A DNA stretch of 64,000 nt. Source: an uncultured Gemmatimonadales bacterium. Lineage in GTDB: Bacteria; Gemmatimonadota; Gemmatimonadetes; Longimicrobiales; Gaopeijiaceae. The notes under the pieces are model-generated. The model was not told the DNA's origin, did no database searches, and saw only the letters and a list, made by a program, of their open reading frames with translations. The stretch spans positions 32,001 through 96,000 of the forward strand of contig CAWELD010000003.1 in the NCBI GenBank assembly GCA_963809895.1. The letters run 5' to 3'. Positions within the stretch are counted from its first letter, which is position 1, and each line of letters begins with the position of its first letter. Shown here one piece after another: positions 38,071-46,573 of this stretch. Both the position numbers and the translations under genes were made by a program.

Positions 38071-38146
38071 GCTGATCCCCGATCAATGGGGATCCGCGCC
38101 GGGAACGGGCGCCCGATGATCGCCCGATCAAAAGCTGATTGCCGCC

Positions 38147-38896
38147 ATGCTCCAGGATGTAGACGCCAACGCGCTGAGCCAGCGCCTGAGTCGCCGCCTT
38201 CGCGAGAAGGGTTGGGGGTATCAGGAATTCCACAAGAAGGTCCGGGACGCCTGTCGAGGCGCCAGGGGGAGCTCGTACGGGTCGGTCTGGTCGTACGTGA
38301 ACGGGAAGGTCACGGAGCCCAGGCCCACGGTGGTGCGGGCCATGGCGGACGTGCTGGATCTGCGATACGAGTGGCTGGTGTCGGGCGACGGGCCCGAGAC
38401 GCGTGAGCACGCGGCACGCAAGGCAGCGCTTCAGGAAGAACCGGGTGCGGAGGATCAACGCCACCTCGAGCGCCTCATGAAGGCCATGGAGCGAGCGCGG
38501 GCGCGGCTTCCCGCTACGCACGTCGGGCTGCTTTCCCGGCGTGACCACGTGCTCGAGAACCTCGTGATCGATCTCCTCACGTCGCAGGGCCGCGGGCTCG
38601 AGACCTACGGCGAGGGTGAGGTGGCCGAGGCCGTGGGCCTGGTGGCCTGGCTGCTCGGTCTGCCTCTGGTGATGCTCGGCCAGGAAGCGCTCCTCAAGCG
38701 ACCCGGCGGTGGCGAGCGGTACGTCATGGCCATGGCCACCGCCCTCCGCGTCGCGCTCCCTCCAAGCCCCGAAGGGCGTCCGTTGAACGCGCTGGCGCGC
38801 ATGCGCCGCCTGCGGGCGTCGTGGAACGAGCTCGAGGCCGAAGCGCCCGCGATCACGAACGGCGACGTCTCCGGCGGGAGCACGGCGCTCCACTGA
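38147..38896 (+). CDS. XRE-like HTH protein with unknown helical C-terminal domain
   Basis: SYGSVWSYVNGK...AMADVLDLRYEWLVSGDGP is a cI/XRE-like pattern. Confidence 0.65.
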   Translation: MLQDVDANALSQRLSRRLREKGWGYQEFHKKVRDACRGARGSSYGSVWSYVNGKVTEPRPTVVRAMADVLDLRYEWLVSGDGPETREHAARKAALQEEPGAEDQRHLERLMKAMERARARLPATHVGLLSRRDHVLENLVIDLLTSQGRGLETYGEGEVAEAVGLVAWLLGLPLVMLGQEALLKRPGGGERYVMAMATALRVALPPSPEGRPLNALARMRRLRASWNELEAEAPAITNGDVSGGSTALH

Positions 38897-38925
38897 GCGC
38901 CGGCTGTGACAGCGGAGTTCGCCGG

Positions 38926-40335
38926 CTACGGGCTCGGGCTGTCCCCGCCGTAGACCACCTGCTGCACGATCTCCAGCATCATGGCGGTGCCGCGCCGGAT
39001 GTTGTCCACGGAGATCCGCTCGTTGTTGCCGTGCACGCCGGCGTCGTCCTCCTGCGGGATCACCGTGGGCGAGAAGCCGTAGCTGGCGATCCCCAGATCC
39101 CTGGTGAAATGGCTGTCGGTGAAGCCCGTGGCCACGCTCGGAACCACGGGTGCGTCCGGATAGTAGCGACCCACCACCGACTCGATGGCGCGGTAGAGCT
39201 CGGTGTCGGTGCTGGACACCGCCGGTGAGAAGACCATGATCCGCTCCAGGCGGATGTTCGGGTCGTTGATCACCTGCTCCAGCTCGGCGATGAAGGCGTC
39301 GGGGTCCTGGTCCGGGAGCATGCGGCAGTCGATCTCCGCGCTGGCCTCGGGGGGCACCACGTTGATCTTGGGGCTTCCCTCCAGTCGAGTGAGCGAGCAG
39401 GTGTTGCGCGTCAGCCCGTGCAGGAAGGGGTCGTCCAGCTGGAGCTTCATGAGGAACTCCGGATCCTTCACCGCCGTCGCCATGTCCTGGAAGGACTCCT
39501 GCCAGCGGGGGGCTGCCCAGGGCGCGATGCCCTTGAAGTAGGCGTCCACCGCGGGCACGATGCGGGGCTCGAAGTCGTGGTCGTCCAGGTGGGCCAGCGC
39601 CCGCACGAGGCGCGTGACTGCGGTCTCCGCACGGGGCGTCGATCCGTGGCCGGGCTTGCCGCTGGCCACGAGGCGAATCCAGAAGGGGACCTTCTGCGTG
39701 ACCTCCACGCCGAAGCGGATGCGACCGTCCACCCGCGTGCCCCCGTCGCCTTCGTTGAGCAGGAGGCCCACGCCGTCGAAGCTCTCGGGGCGGTTGTCCA
39801 CCATCCAGCCGGCCCCGAAGAACCCCCCCGCCTCCTCGTCGGCCGTGGCCATGAAGACCACGTCGCGGTTCAGGGGCCGTCCGGAGCGGTGCAAGGCCAG
39901 GAACGCCTCCAGCTCCAGGATGCCCAGCGACTTGGTGTCCAGGGCGCCGCGCCCGTAGACGTAACCGTCGCGGATGTCACCGGCCAACGGGGGCACGTCC
40001 CAGTGGGACTCGTCGGCAGGCACCACGTCGGTGTGGTGCAGGAGGAGGAGCGCCGGCGCGTCGCCGCCGTCCAGCCGCGCCCAGATGTTGCCCCGCCCCG
40101 GTGCCGACTCCGCGGTCTCGTACGGGATCCCCTCCGCGTCGAAGATGCGCGCCAGGTACTCCACCGCCCGGCTCTCGTTGCCCGGCGGGTTCACCGTGTT
40201 CACGCGCAGGTACTCCTGGACCCGCTGGACCGCCTCATCGGCCAGCGCGGTGGTGTCCACGGCCTGCGCCCGCGCACCGGTCGCGGTGCACAACATGGCA
40301 AGGACGAGGGCGATGCGGATCGGCGGGCCGTTCAT
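38926..40335 (-). CDS. M20 family metallopeptidase/aminoacylase, exported
   Basis: HTDVVP, GRGALDTK, ADEEAGG, NEG, GHGS, GFTDS, HGNNE. Confidence 0.92.
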   Translation of the reverse strand: MNGPPIRIALVLAMLCTATGARAQAVDTTALADEAVQRVQEYLRVNTVNPPGNESRAVEYLARIFDAEGIPYETAESAPGRGNIWARLDGGDAPALLLLHHTDVVPADESHWDVPPLAGDIRDGYVYGRGALDTKSLGILELEAFLALHRSGRPLNRDVVFMATADEEAGGFFGAGWMVDNRPESFDGVGLLLNEGDGGTRVDGRIRFGVEVTQKVPFWIRLVASGKPGHGSTPRAETAVTRLVRALAHLDDHDFEPRIVPAVDAYFKGIAPWAAPRWQESFQDMATAVKDPEFLMKLQLDDPFLHGLTRNTCSLTRLEGSPKINVVPPEASAEIDCRMLPDQDPDAFIAELEQVINDPNIRLERIMVFSPAVSSTDTELYRAIESVVGRYYPDAPVVPSVATGFTDSHFTRDLGIASYGFSPTVIPQEDDAGVHGNNERISVDNIRRGTAMMLEIVQQVVYGGDSPSP

Positions 40336-40568
40336 GGACGTCTCCCGGGAGGGGCTCGGGGGGCTGGTTGCGCGGGCCCCACGTTAGCAGCCCGACCGAG
40401 GGCGCCACCAGTATCGGGGCGCCGACACGGGTGAGGCGCGGAAGGTGCGGGCGTCCGGATCGCGACGGCTTGGTGACACGCGCCGGCCGCGACGCGATTG
40501 CGCGACCCGCCGCCCGCGGCGACTGTGTGCCACTCCCAACCATCCGACTTTCCATGCCCTCGCACGCC

Positions 40569-43073
40569 ATGACGCAATCCCGGATCTCCGTTCGTCTTCT
40601 CGCCCTCCTGGTCGCGGTAGTGTCGGGCGGCTGCGCTCCTTCGGGCGCCCCCACCCCGGCGGGCGAGGCGCTGAACCCCCTGATCGGGCGCTTGCCCACC
40701 GGTGCCTCGCTGGACCCGGCGGCGCCGTCCGTGCCCGTGGGCTCCCTGCCACTGGCCATGGTGCTGTCGCCCGACGGGGGGCATGCCGTGCTCCTGTTGA
40801 ACGGCTGGAAGGAGCAGGGCGTGCAGGTGGTGGACCGGGCCACGGGTCGGGTGACCCAGACGCTGGAGCAGGACGCCGCCTTCCTCGGCCTGGCCTTCTC
40901 GCCCGACGGGCAGTGGCTCTACGCCTCCGGAGGGAACCGCGACCTCGTCTACCGCTACCGATGGGCCCAGGGGCGGGCGACGTTGACCGACAGCCTGCTG
41001 CTGGCGCCGACACCGCCGAGCCAGAACGGGACCCGGTATCCCGGAGGGCTGGCGCTGTCCAACGACGGCCGCACCCTGTACGTGGCGGAGAACCTCGCCG
41101 ATTCCCTGGCGGTGGTGGACGTGCGGTCGGGGCGGGTGCTCGGCCGCTATCCCACCGAGCGGTATCCATACGGGGTCGCCGTGGGTCCCGAGGGCACCGT
41201 GTACGTCTCGGCGTGGGGCGGCGAGACCGTGTCGATCTTCCGCTTCGATCAGACGGGCCGCCTGGCCTCGTCCGAGGTCGTCGAGGCCGGGCGGCATCCT
41301 TCGGCTCTCCTGCTCAACGGCGACGGCTCGCGGCTGTTCGTGGCCTCGGGGAGCACGGATCGCGTCACGGTGCTGGACACCCGGTCCCGCGCGGTGGTGG
41401 CGGAGCTGTTGGATCCCCCTCCGGAGGGGCCCGCCGAAGGAAGCACGCCCAACGCGCTGGCGCTGTCCGCCGACGGCACCCGGCTCTACGTGGCGGAGGC
41501 CGACAACAACGCGGTGGCCGTCTTCGGCCTCTCGCCCGAGACCGGGGGATACCCGGCAGGGGCCGAGGGCGCGCCCGAGGACCGGCTGGAGGGGCGGGTT
41601 CCGGTGGAGTGGTATCCCACGGCGCTCCTGGAGGCGGGGGACTCGCTCCTGGTGGTGAGCGGCAAGGGCACGGGCACGGCGCCCAATCCGGACTTCCCGC
41701 CGCCCACGGTCCGGAGGGCTCCGGGCGAGCCGTCCTACACGATGGGCCAGCTCTCGGGCACGCTCATGGCGCTGGACCACACGGCCCTCGACGGCGCCGA
41801 GCTCGACCGGCTCACTCGGCGCGTGGCGGACGCCAACGGCTGGGACGACCGCGACCAGTCGGTGCGGGCCTACCCACCGCTTCAGCACGTCGTCTACATC
41901 ATCAAGGAGAACCGGACCTACGACCAGATGCTGGGCGACCTGCCCCAGGCGGACGGGGATTCCTCGCTGGTCTTCTTTCCCCGGTCGGTGACCCCCAACC
42001 ACCACGCGCTGGCGGAGCGCTTCGGCGTCTACGACCGCTTCTTCGTGAACGCCGAGGCCAGTCCCGACGGCCACAACTGGTCCATGGCCGCCTACACCAG
42101 CGACTACCTGCAGAAGACGGTGCCGTCCAACTACTCGGACCGCGGACGCTCCTACGACTACGAGGGCACGAACCGGGGCTTCTCGCACGTCCCGTACGAG
42201 GAGGACGAAGACGACGTCAACGAGCCGGCCATGGGCTATCTGTGGGACCTGGCCGACCGGGCGGGGATCAGCTTCCGCAACTTCGGCGAGTTCGTGGTGC
42301 CCGAGTACGTCGACGATGACGATCGCGTGCCCGACGGCTACCGGGGCAACAAGCCGTTCCTGGCCTCCCACACCAGCGAGGACTACCCGGGCTACGACCT
42401 GAGCATCCCCGACCAGCGCCGGGCCGACGCCTGGCTGGGCGAGCTGGAGGAGTGGAGCGCGGCGGGGGAGATGCCCCGACTCCAGATCCTGCGCCTGCCC
42501 AACGACCACACGGCCGGAGGTCGGGCGGGGTCGCTCACGCCCCAGGCGTTCGTGGCGGACAACGACCTGGCGCTGGGCCGCATCGTGGAGGGGTTGTCCC
42601 GGAGTCCGTTCTGGGAGAGCACCGTGGTGTTCGTGCTGGAGGACGATGCGCAGAACGGGCCCGACCACGTGGACTCGCACCGCTCCGTGCTCCTGGTGAT
42701 CTCCCCCTACAGCCGGGGTGGCGTCGTGCATCGCTGGACCAACACCACCGACGTGGTGGCCACCATGACCGAGATCCTGGGGCTGGGATCCCTGTCGCAG
42801 TTCGATTTCTACGGGCGTCCGCTGCGCGGGACGTGGACCCGGCAGCCGAACCTCACGCCCTACAGCGCGCTGGTGCCCGAGCAGTCGCGCACGGCGACCA
42901 ACCCCGCCGACGGGATCGATGCCGAGGAGTCCGCGCAGCTCGACCTGCGCTTCGAGGACAGCGGCCAGGACGAGCTGTTCAACCGCATCCTGTGGCGGAT
43001 GATCAAGGGGCCCGACGTGCCGTACCCCGGCGTGTCCCGCATGCCGGCGCTGGAGTGGAAGCGCGGGAGCTGA
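40569..43073 (+). CDS. YncE/YVTN beta-propeller plus phosphoesterase (alkaline-phosphatase superfamily) lipoprotein
   Basis: Lipobox SGGC; propeller repeats; IIKENRTYDQ, SPDGHNW, PNDHT, EDDAQNGPDHVDSHR. Confidence 0.88.
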   Translation: MTQSRISVRLLALLVAVVSGGCAPSGAPTPAGEALNPLIGRLPTGASLDPAAPSVPVGSLPLAMVLSPDGGHAVLLLNGWKEQGVQVVDRATGRVTQTLEQDAAFLGLAFSPDGQWLYASGGNRDLVYRYRWAQGRATLTDSLLLAPTPPSQNGTRYPGGLALSNDGRTLYVAENLADSLAVVDVRSGRVLGRYPTERYPYGVAVGPEGTVYVSAWGGETVSIFRFDQTGRLASSEVVEAGRHPSALLLNGDGSRLFVASGSTDRVTVLDTRSRAVVAELLDPPPEGPAEGSTPNALALSADGTRLYVAEADNNAVAVFGLSPETGGYPAGAEGAPEDRLEGRVPVEWYPTALLEAGDSLLVVSGKGTGTAPNPDFPPPTVRRAPGEPSYTMGQLSGTLMALDHTALDGAELDRLTRRVADANGWDDRDQSVRAYPPLQHVVYIIKENRTYDQMLGDLPQADGDSSLVFFPRSVTPNHHALAERFGVYDRFFVNAEASPDGHNWSMAAYTSDYLQKTVPSNYSDRGRSYDYEGTNRGFSHVPYEEDEDDVNEPAMGYLWDLADRAGISFRNFGEFVVPEYVDDDDRVPDGYRGNKPFLASHTSEDYPGYDLSIPDQRRADAWLGELEEWSAAGEMPRLQILRLPNDHTAGGRAGSLTPQAFVADNDLALGRIVEGLSRSPFWESTVVFVLEDDAQNGPDHVDSHRSVLLVISPYSRGGVVHRWTNTTDVVATMTEILGLGSLSQFDFYGRPLRGTWTRQPNLTPYSALVPEQSRTATNPADGIDAEESAQLDLRFEDSGQDELFNRILWRMIKGPDVPYPGVSRMPALEWKRGS

Positions 43074-43138
43074 CGGCCTGGCTGCGTCGGCGGGGGCTCA
43101 GCGCGAGGTGGCGAGGGCGAGCGCCAGCAGGGGCAGCG

Positions 43139-44029
43139 TCACGAGGGTGCCGCGGCGCCGTCCAGTGTCCACGCTCCCAGGATGCCCGTGATGCGCCGGG
43201 CGAACGCGCCGGGCCGATCCGCCCACAGGCGCCGCGCCAGGGGCAGGGCGGCACGCCAGCGTCTGTCGCGTTCCGCGAGGAGCAGCCGATACACGGCGTC
43301 GGACGGATCGTCGTCGAGGCCTTCGAGGACCAGGCCGACGTCGTTGGCTTCGCCGAGCAGGTCGGTGAGCTCGTGGGCCTCGGTGGCCCAGGCGCCCAGC
43401 ACCGGCGGCCACGCGGGCTCCACGAATTCCAGCACGTGGCGGAGCTCCTTGCCGCGCTTGCGAAGCTGGTGGTAGCGAGCGGGATCGTGGGGCCCCTCGA
43501 GAACGGCGCACAACGCGCGCCTGCCCCTGCGGTGGATCTGTTTCAACGCCCGGCGTGGAGATCCGTGCTTCCGCATAGGTAGCCCCTCCAGCGCCACCTC
43601 CACCTGGCGCAGGTGTCGGGCCACGGTCCGCAGCAACTCGGGCGGCGGGGCCGCGGCGTCGGCCGCCGCGCTCCATCGGCGCCGGAGGCGCGCGAGGTCC
43701 TCGGACCCGAGCCGGGGGTCCGCAGACGTGAGGCGGTCCAGTGCTTCGAGACGCGCGCGCCGGTCGCGGGCCGGGGCGAGCATGCCACCGGCTTCACGCA
43801 ATGCGTCGGCGAGCTCGCGGGCTGAATCCGCTTCGGTGAAGGGCCGCGCGAGCCGCAGGAGCGCACGGGCACGCTTGAGCGTGCGCCGCGCGTCGTGAAT
43901 CGCGGCGTGGACGTTCTGGTCGCCTCGTCCACAGGCCTCCAGGCACTCGGCCGCGTCCGAGACACAGGCGCGAGCGGCGGCGCCGATCTGCGGACCCGGC
44001 TTGCGAGCGCGGGCCAGCTCGCGCGACAT
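43139..44029 (-). CDS. Stand-alone CHAD-domain protein
   Basis: IHDARRTLKRARALL, YHQLRKRGKELRH, LLGEAND. Confidence 0.85.
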   Translation of the reverse strand: MSRELARARKPGPQIGAAARACVSDAAECLEACGRGDQNVHAAIHDARRTLKRARALLRLARPFTEADSARELADALREAGGMLAPARDRRARLEALDRLTSADPRLGSEDLARLRRRWSAAADAAAPPPELLRTVARHLRQVEVALEGLPMRKHGSPRRALKQIHRRGRRALCAVLEGPHDPARYHQLRKRGKELRHVLEFVEPAWPPVLGAWATEAHELTDLLGEANDVGLVLEGLDDDPSDAVYRLLLAERDRRWRAALPLARRLWADRPGAFARRITGILGAWTLDGAAAPS

Positions 44030-44246
44030 GGATGCGCCTCCCTCCGCGGGATTGGCCGGCGGGGCCCGGGCGCCACCGACCTGGTTCATGATGGCTCCCA
44101 TGGTCCGCCCGCGCCGTCGGGGGATCTCCCGGCCAGCGCGTGGGGAGTGTTCGGCACTGGCGTCGGCCCGTCGCGCCCGCTCTAATTCACAGGGCGACGA
44201 CGGGGCGCCGCCCCGTCCGGGTCCCCTTCCACACGCCGGGCATCCG

Positions 44247-45776
44247 ATGCCACGTCTCGTCAGCCTCCTGCGTCGCCTGCGCGGACTGGTGCTGGACGTG
44301 CCGCGCTGGGCGTGGATCGCCGGTGTCGCCGGCGCATTGGGGTTGCTGGGCCTGGCCGTGGTGCTTCAGCGCACGGGCGCACGCCGACTCCTGGCGCCGG
44401 CCCCGGCCACCACCGAAGACACCAGCCCGGAATCCCCGTTGGGGCCCTCCAGCCTCGCGGTGCCCGTGAGGGTCCAGCTCGCCCCTCTGGTAGCGGCGCT
44501 GGAATCGGCGGTACCGCGCACCTACGGCAACCTCGACGCGCGTCTCGACGTTCCGGACAACGACCGGGTGCAGGTGGCGTTCGAGCTCCGTCGGGGCCCG
44601 TTCCGCGCGTCTCTCGACGGAGACGTCGCGCGTGTGGGCGCCACCATCCGCTACCGGGCCCGCGCCTGGTACGATCCACCGCTCCTTCCCACGGTCAGCG
44701 CCTCGTGCGGTACCGGCGACGGCGAGCCCCTGCCACGGCTCGACGTGGCGTTGGCGGCGCCCATCACCGTGACGCCGGATTGGCATCTGGCCACCCGCAC
44801 CACCGTGGCGGACGTTCGTCCCGCCACCGACACCGACCGCGACCGGTGCAGGATCACCGTCATACGCATCGACGTCACGGGCCGGGTGCTGGACGCGGCC
44901 CGGGGGCTGCTTACGGACAAGACCGCCGCGGTGGACACGGCGGTGGCCCACATCGACGTCCGGTCGAAGTTCGAGGAGTGGTGGGGGATCCTGCAGGAGC
45001 CCATCGAGCTCACCGACGGGGTCTGGCTGGTCCTCGATCCGCAGGCGGTGCGACGGGGCCAGATCCACGGCGAGGGTGATGTGGTCGAGGTGCCGGTGCA
45101 CCTGACCGCACGGCCGCGGGTGGTGCTCGGTCGCCGCCCGCCGCCTTCTCACGTGCCGCTCCCGGCCCTGGACTCGGGCGCGGTGAGCCCGGGCCTCCAG
45201 ATCCTGGTGGAGGGCCGTGCGGAGTACGGGGCGGCAAGCCGGCTCCTGACGCAGGAGCTCCGCGGTCAGGTGCTCCGCCGGGGAGAGCGGGCCGTGCGGA
45301 TCCGCGCCATCGAGCTCTCGGGCATCGGCGGGGGCCGATTGGCGTTGGCCGTGGACGTGGACGGCGACGCCAGGGGCCGGCTCTTTCTCGTGGGCACGCC
45401 CCGCTTCGATCCGTCCACGGGCCAGGTCGCGGTCCCCGATCTCGATTTCGACGTCGCCACCAACGATCTGATCGTCCACGGCGCGTCGTGGCTGGCCCGC
45501 GTGGGACTCGCCGGCTACCTGAGGGAGCGAGCGCGCTGGCCCGCCTCGCCGGCGGTCGAGTGGGCCGGGGATCGCCTGCGTGAGGGCCTCAACCGAGCCC
45601 TGTCCGACGACGTCTCGTTGAAGGGCTCCGTAGGGACCGTTCGTATCGTGGACGTGTACGCCACCCGCGAGGCGCTCATGGTCCGGGCCGCCGCCGCGGC
45701 CGAGGCGACGCTGGTCGTGACCGATGGCGCCGAAACGGCGGACGCGGACGGTGCTGCCTCGGGTGGCCAGGACTGA
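44247..45776 (+). CDS. DUF4403-like membrane-anchored protein
   Basis: N-terminal TM; SSLAVPV, SASCG, WLVLDP, GRLFLVGTP, PDLDFDV. Confidence 0.7.
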   Translation: MPRLVSLLRRLRGLVLDVPRWAWIAGVAGALGLLGLAVVLQRTGARRLLAPAPATTEDTSPESPLGPSSLAVPVRVQLAPLVAALESAVPRTYGNLDARLDVPDNDRVQVAFELRRGPFRASLDGDVARVGATIRYRARAWYDPPLLPTVSASCGTGDGEPLPRLDVALAAPITVTPDWHLATRTTVADVRPATDTDRDRCRITVIRIDVTGRVLDAARGLLTDKTAAVDTAVAHIDVRSKFEEWWGILQEPIELTDGVWLVLDPQAVRRGQIHGEGDVVEVPVHLTARPRVVLGRRPPPSHVPLPALDSGAVSPGLQILVEGRAEYGAASRLLTQELRGQVLRRGERAVRIRAIELSGIGGGRLALAVDVDGDARGRLFLVGTPRFDPSTGQVAVPDLDFDVATNDLIVHGASWLARVGLAGYLRERARWPASPAVEWAGDRLREGLNRALSDDVSLKGSVGTVRIVDVYATREALMVRAAAAAEATLVVTDGAETADADGAASGGQD

Positions 45777-45868
45777 TCGACCGGTGGTCGAAACGCTGCC
45801 GCTACCATTCCCGTAGGATGGGGCAGGGAGGGCCCGAGACCCTTCCCGCCGACTCAGGAGGAATCAGG

Positions 45869-46144
45869 ATGCTGGAACTCATCGCTGCCGGCGTCGTGGG
45901 TGTGGCCGGACATCTCAAGTCGAAGGACTTCGCCCGCCGACGTCTTCGTTTTACGAGCTGGGTGGAGAAGCCGGGCCTGGGGCTCTTCGTCGGAGCGGCG
46001 ACCGCCGTCGTGGCCGCCCCCCTGGTGGCCGTGCTCCCCATCGTGGGAGCCGGAACCGCCATCGCCCTGGGGGCTGGCGTGGGGACCGGCGTGGCCATCG
46101 GGGCGCGGCAGGCCCGGCAGGGCTGGCACCCCGACGACGCATAG
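45869..46144 (+). CDS. Small Gly-rich membrane protein
   Basis: AGGAGG SD; glycine-zipper-like GAGTAIALGAGVGTGV. Confidence 0.7.
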   Translation: MLELIAAGVVGVAGHLKSKDFARRRLRFTSWVEKPGLGLFVGAATAVVAAPLVAVLPIVGAGTAIALGAGVGTGVAIGARQARQGWHPDDA

Positions 46145-46154
46145 GGCCGGAATC

Positions 46155-46185
46155 GGGCCGGCGTTCGGCGCCGGTCCTTTTCTTT
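46155..46185 (+). terminator. Rho-independent terminator
   Basis: GGGCCGGCG-loop-CGCCGGTCC followed by TTTTCTTT. Confidence 0.75.
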
Positions 46186-46192
46186 GCGCGAG

Positions 46193-46227
46193 AGTGTCTA
46201 CATTGTGTACGGAAGTGTCTACATTGT
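46193..46227. promoter_or_regulatory. Tandem 14-bp direct repeat AGTGTCTACATTGT, probable PadR operator
   Basis: Exact copies at 46193-46206 and 46214-46227 (21-bp period) just upstream of padR. Confidence 0.7.
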
Positions 46228-46240
46228 CTTCGGAGGCCGT

Positions 46241-46573
46241 GTGAGCCCGAATCAGTTTCTCGGCGAGTTTGAGCAGATGGTCCTGTTGGGGGTCCTGCAG
46301 TGCGGCGACCAGGCGTTCGCGCTGGATGTCAGGCGTGAGTTGGAGGACCGGGCGGATCGGGCAGTGTCCCGGGGCGCCTTCTACACGACACTGGACCGCC
46401 TGGAGCAGAAGGGCATGGTGACCTGGACGGAGGAAGAGCCCCGGGACGGGCGAAGGAACGCGCCGCTCCGGCGCTTCCGGGTCACCGCCGAGGGCCTCGA
46501 GGCGCTGCGCGCCAGCCGACAGGCCATGGAGGCGCTGGCCCGCGGGTTGGACGGGATCCTGGAGACGACGTGA
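46241..46573 (+). CDS. PadR-family transcriptional regulator
   Basis: LGEFEQMVLL, GAFYTTLDRLEQKG, FRVTAEG. Confidence 0.88.
   Translation: MSPNQFLGEFEQMVLLGVLQCGDQAFALDVRRELEDRADRAVSRGAFYTTLDRLEQKGMVTWTEEEPRDGRRNAPLRRFRVTAEGLEALRASRQAMEALARGLDGILETT

Noticed and set aside
38147..38896. Prophage marked by a cI-like repressor
   Set aside because: No integrase, structural or replication genes nearby
46193..46227. CRISPR-like repeat
   Set aside because: Only two 14-bp copies with a 7-bp spacer and no cas genes; better explained as an operator
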